DNA of 64,000 nucleotides from Paragordius varius. Lineage: Eukaryota > Animalia > Nematomorpha. Of the stretch, positions 27,630 to 63,890 are shown in pieces (within the stretch, counting starts at the first letter, position 1; every line of letters begins with the position of its first letter). The notes below the pieces were generated by a model, which was not told where the DNA came from, searched no databases, and was given only the letters and a program-made list of their open reading frames with translations. The stretch covers positions 11,222,001 to 11,286,000 of the forward strand of contig OZ176052.1 of assembly GCA_964247055.1 (NCBI GenBank), written 5' to 3'. The position numbers were made by a program, and so were the translations under genes.

Positions 27630-28308
27630 TTATGGAAATGTCTTCCATATCATAAGACCCATATTCATATATTCGAATCTCCTCGCACCATTTTTCATCG
27701 GACTTTTAGTTTTTAAACTGGACACAAAAGTTGAATTGCATACTTTATCCATCTTTTGCAGACGACAAAACTTGATGGGATCTATATATTGATCAATTTA
27801 AAAAATACTTGTAATTGATTATTAAACATAGAATAGCTTTATATAATAAATTACCTTTTGTATCACTGGGCCATAATTCGCCGGATTCATTCAAGGAAAA
27901 GAAAAAAGTAAATTCCTTTTTGGGAGATATTTTTTGAATCGGTGATAAAGTTTCGACAGCATTCGTATTGTCTACCACACTCTCTACAGAGGATTCGGAT
28001 TTTTCTGAATTTTGCGACCAAGACATTTTCACACTGAGACTATCAATGGCTGAATTTTCGACAGAAGTGTATAGGTTCAAATGATGATTGGAATCTAATA
28101 AATAAATGAATAAGTAGTAATACATAATTCATTTTAGTTTAAAATAAAGTATAACAATATGAATACTAGATATTGAAAGGTGTTGATTCCTTTCAGACTC
28201 TGGTTTAAAACAAGAGAATCTTGAGAAAAGTGAAATAAACCAATGATAATTGCGTTTTCCAAACTCAACGTTTTTTGTGTGATCTTTCCTTTTCCCAAAC
28301 ATTTTCAT
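27630..28308 (-). CDS. Array gene copy 6, intact
   Basis: Three open exons with conserved GT-AG sites. Exon 3 ends MGLMIWKTFP. Confidence 0.75.
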
Positions 28309-30016
28309 AGTCAAAAGACGATTTTTTAGTTTTAGAATATAGTTAGTTTTGATAGTTGTAAATGTATGATTAACCAAAATGATTGTTGTATGATATTGGT
28401 TGTTCTATTTTTTATTATATAGTTTTGACATAAAAATACTCTTTAAATTTTTTTATTATTAATTAAGATTTCTTTTTAAGTTAATCATAATATTTAGTTT
28501 ATCATTCATAATTACAGATTGTTAGAGTCAATCTTGGATAAGAGGCGTTTTGGCAGTGCTTATTTTATTAATAAAAAAAATTTTAGTTAGATATGAGTAT
28601 ATATCCATTTTTTTTTATAATCTATATATATTTTAAGTATGAACATGATCGCGTTCGTTTTCAAAAACTTGGTTAGTTCATAATAAGAAAACCTTTTTTA
28701 TTCGGTTTTTCCGAACTGTTGACAATATAAAAAAGCCGATACAGTTATATTTCTAAATAACAGTTAAAACCTCTTTTTATGCGATAAAGATATTAAGAAA
28801 AGGTTTCATAAAATAGTCATAATTATAAATTCAAATATTTTGTCATCATGTATATATATAGCTAGTATAAAAATGGAAAAAAACCTTATTTTGTGTGTAT
28901 TTGGGGTAAAAAGTATACCTATTATACTATACGGTAAAAGGCGCACGGGTTCAATGCTTATACCTTTCTAATTTCAATGCTAAATATTACAAAAACACTA
29001 TAAAAATTATAAATATCCCATTTTAAAATAGAAGAAGGACCATTTTTAAAATAGGCACAAAAGACTGTGTATCCCTTGCTATGACTCAAATTGTAGAAAA
29101 GACATGGTCGTAATCTGCATCCAAACCTCTTACTTATAAAATTTCTAATTAAAGTATTTTTGTATTATATAACCAATTTTAATGTTTAGGGTTCCTAATT
29201 TTTAAATTATAATTGTTTGAAGTCATTTAATTTCTCCCAAAAGAACTAGTTTGTGGTTATTTTTTAGTTAAAAGTTTATTAATTTTTTAATTAGATATTG
29301 TTCAATCGAATAGGTAGCATCATTTAAATTTAAAATTACTGTTTATTGGACTTATTATGAAGGGGTTAGGGTTATACTTCACTCTATTTTGGAACATGAC
29401 TGCTATACAGTCCACTTAACATATTTAAAAAAATCTTAAACTGATCTAATTTTGATGACCGTTTTAAAGCCGTTTCTTAAACTAAAATTCATTTAAAAAA
29501 ATTCACGGTGTCAGATTTTACATTGAGGATAGGGGGAATATTTAAGAGTTGTAACTGATAAGATACAACATATTTAATAAAGAACAGGTGTTAATTCTCA
29601 GAATTTTATGAAATAGTGATGATTAAAAAGATTTGTAAAACGTATGTCAGCAAACCAGCAACTTTATGAATCCCTTGGTTTTATATTGTACAGACCAAAA
29701 TTTATATAATATTTTACAAAAAATTTGTCGTGTAATCAATTACTTATTATTAAAAATTGGAGTTTATCTCTTTATTTTAAAATATAATGGTTGCTAATGA
29801 TATACGTTTGCTTAATCTAGATTTAAGTCATCATTCATTTTTTCTTAATATAATTATAATTTTTTGTGGACTTTAATTGGGCAATTAAACTGGTAAACAT
29901 AACATATTCCGTTGCAAATAAAACTGGAATTCTTACATAAAATTTTAGTTAGTTCCCCAACTAATATATTATATTTTTTATTCCGCAAAATTATATATTT
30001 TCTTTTCTCTCATCAC

Positions 30017-30643
30017 TAGGGTTGTGCTGACTAAGTGATGACCAGGTCAGTGACTATTTATTTTTTGACCATGGTCATTTAAAAAAACACCTGTTGTTTG
30101 AAAAATTGCTGGTAAATTATTTTGGAAGAGAGATAGTAAGATTTTATTGTTTTTTATATATTTTTTAAAAATTATAAACAAAATATTTAATTATGATTAT
30201 TTAACAATAATTGTTAAACATGCATCCTTATAACATTAGCATTTAAGTATATCCAGTTATTTAGAAAAACAATCAAGCACTTTGCAAAATATGCAGTTAT
30301 TCCATATATGTGAATTAATAAAATGAAATAACATTTTATAATTGAATATTTTAGTGATAAACGAAAATGTAAAACTAGAAAATTTTATTCGAAATATCTG
30401 GTATTAAAAGCTATGTATTTGAAGATTTAAAAGGCCACAAAAACAAAATTATTGTATAAATTTGATTGAAAATATTTGTAAATAAATATCAAAAATATGT
30501 ATAATACAAACTTTAAAGAAAAAACATGACATAAGTGAAACGCAAGTGTCGTTAAAACATTATTTTCACAATCCTGGTCATGACCATGGTCTGACTGGGC
30601 CTGAGTGGACTTTTTTGAAAAAGCAGTCAAATGCACAACCCTA
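30017..30643. mobile_element. Non-autonomous hAT-like element (627 bp) without TSD
   Basis: TIR TAGGGTTGTGC / GCACAACCCTA. The two flanks come from different positions of the unit spacer. Confidence 0.8.
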
Positions 30644-31929
30644 GATACAACATATGTAATAAAGAACAGGTGTTAATTCTCAGAGTTTTATGAAACGGTG
30701 ATGATTGCTAAAAATATTTGCAAAGCGTTTTGTGAGCAACGAGCAACTTATATTATATTTCCAGGCAATAAAAATAAAAACGTATAAATCCATTTGTTTT
30801 AAATTACATAGACCAAAATTTATATACTATTTTACAAAAAATTTGTCGTATAATCAATTACTAATTAATAATTAGCTTATCTCTTAGTTTAAAAATATAA
30901 TGGTTGCTAAATACTACGTTTGCTAAATCTAGATTTAGTTAATCTTTAATTTTTTCAATATAATTATTTGTGAACTTTTTAATTGAGCAATCAAACTGGT
31001 AAATATAACATATTCCGTTGCCTAAAATAAAATTCCTGGAATTCTTACATAAAATTATGGTTAGTTAGTTCCCCAACAAATATTATATTTTCTATTCCGC
31101 AAAATTATATATATTCCTTTCTCTCATCACACTACACACACACATTTCAAAAAATCTATAAAATGACAAAATAATAATAAAAGCATATATTACAAATGTC
31201 ATATTATTTGTTTTTAAGAAGGGAAATATCTACGCATCCACTAAACCAGGCGCCATCTGGTTAACATATCTTCGCCCCTATGGAAAACAGTAATTTTGAT
31301 GACATCGGGAAATAGCTTGACAAATGGTTTGTCACATAAGACACCCTTTTTTCTGACATTGCGCTCATATATTACTTGAGAGATGGGCGAAATGTGTAGA
31401 ATCCGATAGAAATATTTTAAACAAAATAAATAAATGGTGCCTTTACTAAAAAACCAGTATAACCTATCACTAAACCTGATGTTATATGAAAGTCAGTGAG
31501 GAGAATGGTAAGTTCGCCCGCCTCATTTTTAATGTCCACATGATTAACATTTAAATAAATCTATCCTGTTTCCAATAAACGATTTATAGACTAAATGACA
31601 GCAGAATGTTATATTTAAAAGAAACCAAGAGTTGATTAAAAATGCGATAATCACAAAAATGTAGGTTACTGCCTTTTATTATAATAGTTTTATGATTAGA
31701 AGAAAACATAAACTTAAAAACTATGTGGATTATTTCAATTGGAAAAATGAGTGAGGCTTTCCGTTTTATTTCTGGTTAAAAACAATCATAAATATATTTA
31801 CCAAAAATACAAGTTTTTATAATTAGGTTAAAATTTTAGAATGGTCAAACTTCTAAATTTTAAAACCATAAATAAAAATATAAAAAATAAAACATGAGTT
31901 TATATATTTATTTAATTTTTATTAATAAA

Positions 31930-32603
31930 TTATGGAAATGTCTTCCATATCATAGGACCCATATTCATATATTCGAATCTCCTCGCACCATTTTTCATCG
32001 GACTTTCAGTTTTTAAACTGGACACAAAAGTTGAATTGCATACTTTATCCATCTTTTGCTGATGACAAAACTTGATGGGATCTATATATTGATCAATTTA
32101 AAAATACTAGTAATTGATTATTAACACAGAATCTCTTTATATAATAAGTTACCTTTTGTATCACGGGGCCATAATTCGCCGGATTCATTCAAGGAAAAGA
32201 AAAAAGTAAATTCCTTTTTGAGGGATATTTTTTGAATCGGTGATAAATTTTCGACAGCATTCGTATTGTCTACCACACTCTCTACAGAGGATTCGGATTT
32301 TTTTGAGTTTTGCGACCAAGACATATTCACACTGAGACTATCAATGGCTGAATTTTCGACATAAGTGTTTAAGTTTAAATGAGGATTGGAATCTAATAAA
32401 TAAATGAATAAGTTGTAACACATAATTCATTTTAGTTTACAAAGTATAATAATATGAATACTAGATATTGAAAGGTGTTGATTGCTTTCAGACTCTGGTT
32501 TAAAACAAGAGAATCTTGAGAAAAGTGAAATAAACCAATGATAATTGCGTTTTCCACACTCAACATTTTTAGTGTGATATTTCCTTTTCCCAAACATTTT
32601 CAT
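31930..32603 (-). CDS. Array gene copy 7, intact
   Basis: Three open exons with conserved GT-AG sites. Confidence 0.75.
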
Positions 32604-34236
32604 AGTCAAAAGACGATTTTTAGAATATAGTTAGTTTTGATAGTTGTAAATGTTAAAGAATTTTAAATGATTAACCAAAATGATTGTTGTATGATATTGG
32701 TTGTTCTATTTTTTATTATATAGTTTTGACATAAAAATACTCTTTAAATTATTTTATTATTAATTGAGATTTCCTTTTAAGTTAATCATAATATGTAGTT
32801 TATCATTCATAGTTACAGATTGTTAGATTCAATATTGGATAATTTATTTATTAATTAAAGTTAGATATAGGTATCAATCCATTTTTTATACAATCTATAT
32901 ATATTTCAAGTATGAACATGATCGCTTCCGTTTTCAAAAACTTGGTTCTCAGTGAAAAGGGAACTGTTTTGATTCGGTTTTTTCGAACTGTTGACAACTC
33001 AAAAAAGCCGAGTTATATTTTTAAATTAGAGTTAAATCTCTTTTTATGCGGTAAAGATATTGTGAAAAAGTTTTGAAATATATTGTCTTGTAGATTTAGA
33101 GCATAAAAATGGAAAAAAACCTTATTTTGTGTGTATTTGGGGTAAAAAGTATAACTATTATACTATACGGTAAAAGGCGCACGGGTTCAATGCTTATACC
33201 TTTCTGATTTCAATACTAAATATTACAAACACCTTATAAAAATTATAAATATATCATTTTAAAATAGAAGAAGGACTATTTTTAAAAAACGCACAAAAAA
33301 TGTATCCCTCGCTATAAAGACTCAAATTGTAGGAAAAGATATGGTCTTAATCTGCATCCTAACCTCTTACTTAGAATTTCCAATTAAATTATTTATGTAT
33401 TAAATAACCAATTTTAATGTTTAGGGTTCCTAATTTTTAAATTATAATTGTTTGAAGTCAATTTATTTCTCCCAAAAAACTATTTTGTGGTTATTTTTAA
33501 GAAGTTAAAAATTTATCAATAATTAGATATTGTTAAATCGAATAGGTAGCATCATTTAAATATAAGATTACTGTTTATTAAACTTATTATGATGGGATTA
33601 GGGTCTTGCTTCACTGTATTTAGGAACAGGACTGCTATACAGACCACTTAACATATTAAAAAAATCATCAACCGTTTTAAAGCCGTTTCTTAAACTAAAA
33701 TCCATTTAAAAAATTCATAGTGTCAGAACATTGAGAATAGGGGGGAAATATTTAATTGTATCTAATAAGATACAACATATTTAATAAAAAAGAGGTGTAA
33801 ATTCTCAGAATTTTATGAAACAATGATGTAAAATGATTTGTCAAGCGTTTTGTGAATAAACCAGCATTTCCAGGCAATAAGAATAAAAACCTATGAATTA
33901 TTTGGTTTTTAATTGTACATGCCAAAATTTATATACTATTTTAAAAATTTGTCGTGTAATCAATCACTTATTAGTAATGATTGATTAGCTTATTTCTTTG
34001 TTTAAAAATATAATGGTTGCTAATTACCACGTTTGCTTAATTTAGATTTAGGTAATCTAATTTTATTTTAGTATAATTATAATTTTTTGTGGACTTTAAT
34101 TGGGCAATTAAACTGGTAATAACATATTCCGTTGCAAATAAAACTGGAATTCTTACATAAAATTTTAGTTAGTTCCCCAACTAATATATTATATTTTTTA
34201 TTCCGCAAAATTATATATTTTCTTTTCTCTCATCAC

Positions 34237-34877
34237 TAGGGTTGTGCTGACTAAGTGATGACCAGGTCAGTGACTATTTATTTTTTGACCATGGTCATTT
34301 AAAAAAACACCTGTTGTTTGAAAAATTGCTGGTAAATTATTTTGGAAGAGAGATAGTAAGATTTTATTGTTTTTTATATATTTTTTAAAAATTATAAACA
34401 AAATATTTAATTATGATTATTTAACAATATACAATTGTTAAACATGCATCCTTATAACATTAGCATTTAAGTATATCCAGTTATTTAGAAAAACAATCAA
34501 GCACTTTGCAAAATATGCAGTTATTCCATATATGTGAATTAATAAAATGAAATAACATTTTATAATTGAATATTTTAGTGATAAACGAAAATGTAAAACT
34601 AGAAAATTTTATTCGAAATATCTGGTATTAAAAGCTATATATTTGAAGATTTAAAAGGCCACAAACTTATTTGAAAACAAAATTATTGTATAAATTTGAT
34701 TGAAAATATTTGTAAATAAATATCAAAAATATGTATAATACAAACTTTAAAGAAAAAACATGACATAAGTGAAACGCAAGTGTCGTTAAAACATTATTTT
34801 CACAATCCTGGTCATGACCATGGTCTGACTGGGCCTGAGTGGACTTTTTTGAAAAAGCAGTCAAATGCACAACCCTA
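34237..34877. mobile_element. Second copy of the same hAT-like element, with identical junctions
   Basis: Same TIRs and the same flanks (CTCATCAC| and |GATACAAC) as 30017-30643. Confidence 0.8.
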
Positions 34878-36103
34878 GATACAACATATGTAATAAAGAA
34901 CAGGTGTTAATTCTCAGAGTTTTATGAAACGGTGATGATTGCTAAAAATATTTGCAAAGCGTTTTGTGAGCAACGAGCAACTTACATTAAATTTTCCAGG
35001 CAGTTTTAAATTACATAGACCAAAATTTATATACTATTTTACAAAAAATTTGTCGTATAATCAATTACTAATTAATAATTAGCTTATCTCTTAGTTTAAA
35101 AATATAATGGTTGCTAAATACTACGTTTGCTTAATCTAGATTTAGTTAATCTTTAATTTTTTCAATATAATTATTTGTGAACTTTTTAATTGAGCAATCA
35201 AACTGGTAAATATAACATATTCCGTTGCCTAAAATAAAATTCCTGGAATTCTTACATAAAATTATGGTTAGTTAGTTCCCCAACAAATATTATATTTTCA
35301 ATTCCGAAATATTATATATATTCCTTTCTCTCATCACACTACAACACATTTCAAAAAATCTATAAAATGACAAAATAATAATAAAAGCATATATTACAAA
35401 TGTCATATTATTTGTTTTTAAGAAGGGAAATATCTACGCATCCACTAAACTCTTCGGACCAGGCGCCATCTGGTTAACATATATTCGCCCCTATGGAAAA
35501 CAGTAATTTTGATGACATCGGGAAATAGCTTGACAAATGGTTTGTCACATAAGACACTCTTTTTCTGGCATTGCGCTCATATATTACCTGAGAGATGGGC
35601 GAAAGTGTAGAATCCGATAAAAAATATTTTTAATAAATAAATGGTTCCTTTACTGAAAAACCAGTAAAAACTTATCACTAAACCTCATGTTATATGAAAG
35701 TCAATGAGGAGAATGGTGACAAAGTTCGCCCGTCTCATTTTTAATATATATATGTTTAACATTTAAATAAATAGGCTGTTACATTTAAAATTAACCAAGA
35801 GTTGGTTAAAAATGCGATGATCACAAAAATGTAGGTTACTGCCTTTTAATATAATAGTTCCATGATTAAAAGAAAACATAAACTTAAAATCTATGTGGAT
35901 TATTTTGATTGGAAAAATGAGTGAGGCTTTCCGTTTTTATTTCTGGTTAAAAAACATTTATAAATATTTTAGCCAAAAATACAAGTTTATAATTAGTTAG
36001 AATTGTCAAGCTTTTTAATTTTAAAACTTACATAAATAAAAATATAAAAAATATATATGTTTTATATTTATTTAATTTTTATTACACATTGATAATTAAT
36101 AAA

Positions 36104-36780
36104 TTATGGAAAAGTCTTCCATATCATAGGACCCATATTCATATATTCGAATCTCCTCGCACCATTTTTCATCGAATTTTTAGTTTTTAAACTGGACACA
36201 ATAGTTGAATTGCATACTTTATCCATCTTTTGCTGATGACAAAACTTGATGGGATCTACATATTGATCAATTTAAAAATACTTATAATTGATTATTAACA
36301 CAGAATCTCTTTATATAATAAATTACCTTTTGTATCACTGGGCCATAATTCGTCGGATTCATTCAAAGAAAAGAAAAAAGAAAATTCCTTTTTGGGAGAT
36401 ATTTTTTGAATCGGTGATAAATTTTCGACAGCATTTGTATTGTCTACCACACTCTTTACAGAGGATTCGGATTTTTTTGAATTTTGCGACCAAGACATAT
36501 TCACACTGAAACTATCAATGGCTGAATTTTCGACAGTAGTGTTTAGCTTCAAATGATTATTGGAATCTAATAAATAAATTAATAAGTAGTAATACATAAT
36601 TCATTTTAGTTAAAAAAGTATAATAACAATTTGAATACTAGATATTGAAAGGTGTTGATTGCTTTCAGACTCTGGTTTAAAACAAGAGAATCTTGAGAAA
36701 AGTGAAATAAACCAATGATAATTGCGTTTTCCACACTCAACATTTTTTGTGTAGTCTTTCCTTTTCCCAAACATTTTCAT
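36104..36780 (-). CDS. Array gene copy 8, intact
   Basis: Three open exons with conserved GT-AG sites. Confidence 0.75.
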
Positions 36781-38924
36781 AGTCAAAAGACGAGTTTTAG
36801 TTTTAGAATATAGTAAGTTTTGATAGTTGTTAATGTTAAAAAAATTTAAATGATTAACCAAAATGATTGTTGTATAATATTGGTTCTATTTTTTATTATA
36901 TAAATGGTATTTGACATAAAATGACTCTTTATGTTTTTGTTATTAACAGAGATTTCTTTTTAAGTTGATCATAATATGTATTTTATCATTCATAGTTACA
37001 GATTGTTAGAATCAATTTTGGATAAGAGGCGTTTTGGCAGTGCTTATTTCATTAATAAAATAAATTTTTGGTAGATATGAGTATCAATTCATTTTTTATA
37101 TAATCAATATATATCTCAAGTATGAACATGATCGCTTTCGTTTTCAAAAACTTGGTTCCCATGCAAAAAGGAAACCGTTATGATTCGGTTTTTCCGAAAT
37201 GTTGTCAGTCAATATAAAAAACCGATACAGTTATATTTCTAAGTACAGTTAAATCTCTTTTTATGTGGTAAAGATATTCTAAATAATTTTGTAAAATAGT
37301 TACAATTATTTCAAATAAATTGTCATGTGTATATTTAGCTAGCATAAAAATGGAAAATAAACTTTTTGTAAAAATATTTGGGGTAAAAAGCATACCTACT
37401 ATACGGTAAAAAACTCAAGGGTTCAATGCCTATACCTCTCTGATTTCAATGCTAAATATAACAAAAACAGTATGAAAATTATAAATATCCCATTTTAAAA
37501 TAGAAGAAGAACTATTTTAAAAAAACACACAAAAAACTGTGTATCCCTCGCTATAATGAATCAAATTGTAGGAAAAGACATGGTCGTAATCAGCATCCTA
37601 ACCTCTTACTTAGAATTTCTAATTATTTTTGTATTATATAACCAATTTTAATGTTTAGAGTTCCTAATTTCTAAATAATTGTTTGAAGTCATTTAATTTC
37701 TCTCAAAAGAACTAGGTTGTGGTTATTTTTGAGATGTTAAAAATTTATCAATTTTTTAATTAGATATTGTTCAATCGAATAGGTAGCATAATATAAATTT
37801 AAAATTACGTTTATTGGACTTATTATGATACGATTAGGGTCATACTCCACTATATTTTGGAACAAGACTGCTATACAGACCACTTAACATATTAGAAAAA
37901 TCTTGAACTGATCTAATTTTGATGAGCCGTTTCTTATACTAAAATCCATTTAAAACAATTTACGGTGTCAGATTTTACATTGAAAATAGGGGGGAAGAGT
38001 TGTAACCGATAAGATACAACTATTTAATAAAAAACAGTGTTAATTCTCAGAATTTTAAGAAACAGTGATGATTGCTAAACTGTTGTGTCAAGCGTTTTGT
38101 GCGTAAACCAGCAACTTTATGAATCCGTTGGTTTTAAATTGCACAGACCAAAATTTATATACTATTTTACAAAAAATTTGTCGTGTAATCAATTACTTAT
38201 ATTGATTAACTTATCTCTTTGTTTAAAAATTTAATGGTTGCTATTACTACGTTTGCTTAATTTAGATTTAGGTAATCTCTAATTTTTTCTCAATATATAA
38301 TTATAATTGTTTTTTGGACTTTTTAATGGAGCAATCAAACTGGTAAATATAACATATTCCGTTGCACAAAATAAAATTCCTGGAATTACATAAATTTTAG
38401 TTAGTTCCCCAAAAAATATTATATTTTCTATTCCGCAAAATATATATATATATATATATTCCTTTCTCTCATCACACTACACACACATTTCAAAAAATCT
38501 ATAAAATGACAAAATAATAATATAAAAACATATATTACAAATGTCATATTGTTTGTTTTTAAGACACAAAAAATACATAACAGCTTACAAAATGTATATT
38601 TTATTGGGAAAATTTTAATTTATATACATACATATAACAATCAATACATAACATATCAACCGTTGTGATATATACAAAACATTTTTTTTTTGCCTTATTG
38701 ATAATAATCAAATTTTTTTGCCTTCATCGAACTGAAATTATATTGGGCCAATATCATTTGCTCGTGTCAATAAAATACCTTTGGGCATTTTTTTAGCTAT
38801 ATATTAATTTTTTCAAAATCAATCAACATAACATTTTAAAAGTATGAAAATTAACATGATATATGCAAAAAACTAATTCATGTTTAAAATAATGGATATG
38901 TCATGTTCATTCATTTCAAGCAAC

Positions 38925-39255
38925 TCAATTTCGATTATCGACGTCATCGTTACGTAAAGCGCAAACTTTTGAAGAACAAACCATTTAAAGAGAAACTATA
39001 AAATAAAGATGAAATATGTCAAAATTTTTACGAAAGAAAGCATATTTAATCATGAATTCACGGGCTACTATGATGTAAATGGATAAAGTCAAAAAATATA
39101 TTTTTACTGTCTTCAAAATTCTATGAAATGGACACGTCAGAAAGCATGTCGATCACATACTAAAATGCAGTTTACATTTCTTTCTTTTGATCTCAAACGC
39201 TTAAGCCCAAGCGTTTTGCTTATTCACTCCATATAGTGTATTGATTGGCCATTAA
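38925..39255 (+). promoter_or_regulatory. Possible par-1 promoter elements
   Basis: A CpG-containing patch with a CRE-like GACGTCA (38940-38946) and a reverse CCAAT (ATTGG near 39244) upstream of the putative first exon. Motif-level evidence only. Confidence 0.2.
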
Positions 39256-39624
39256 ACGCAATAATATTGCATTTTGCCAAGTGTTTTTTTCTAAAACAAC
39301 TTTAATCACACCTTACTGTTACTTCTATATTCAATCATACCATTTATGATTTTACCATATCATTTACTTCTCATCAAATACGGGCAAAATATATATTATA
39401 TTTAAAGGAAATTATGCCAATTTTTTACCCAATTTCTAGTCACGGCATAATGACAATTCAATTTTCCACGCTTTCAAAGGAACAATAACAATTTTCGAAA
39501 AAATCTTTTGTTTAACAACTATACCCCATATATTCACCTTTTGTTTTAAAATAATTTTAAGTGAATACAAATGATATTCGACAAATCGATTATTGAACAA
39601 CAAACAACCTAAGTTAGTGATAAA

Positions 39625-63890
<24,266 letters not shown>

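Larger units (their letters stand above)
1..38563. repeat. Tandem array of a ~3.1 kb gene-containing unit (8 gene-bearing units plus partial spacer repeats)
   Basis: The junction ...GTTTGTTTTTAAG|AAGGGAAATATCTACGC recurs with unit starts at 183, 5475, 13113, 17353, 20460, 26944, 31219 and 35423. Insertion-free units are 3107 bp (17353-20459) and 3141 bp (35423-38563). Similarity stops abruptly after ...TTTTTAAG at 38563. Confidence 0.95.

Noticed and set aside
30427-34870. Duplicated ORF MHLTAFSKKSTQAQSDHGH...
   Set aside because: A short ORF inside the terminus of the non-autonomous hAT element, with no coding evidence.
183-38563. Array as an rDNA/5S, snRNA, SL RNA, histone or CRISPR repeat
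   Set aside because: I recognised no such sequence in the unit, and there is no short repeat-spacer structure.
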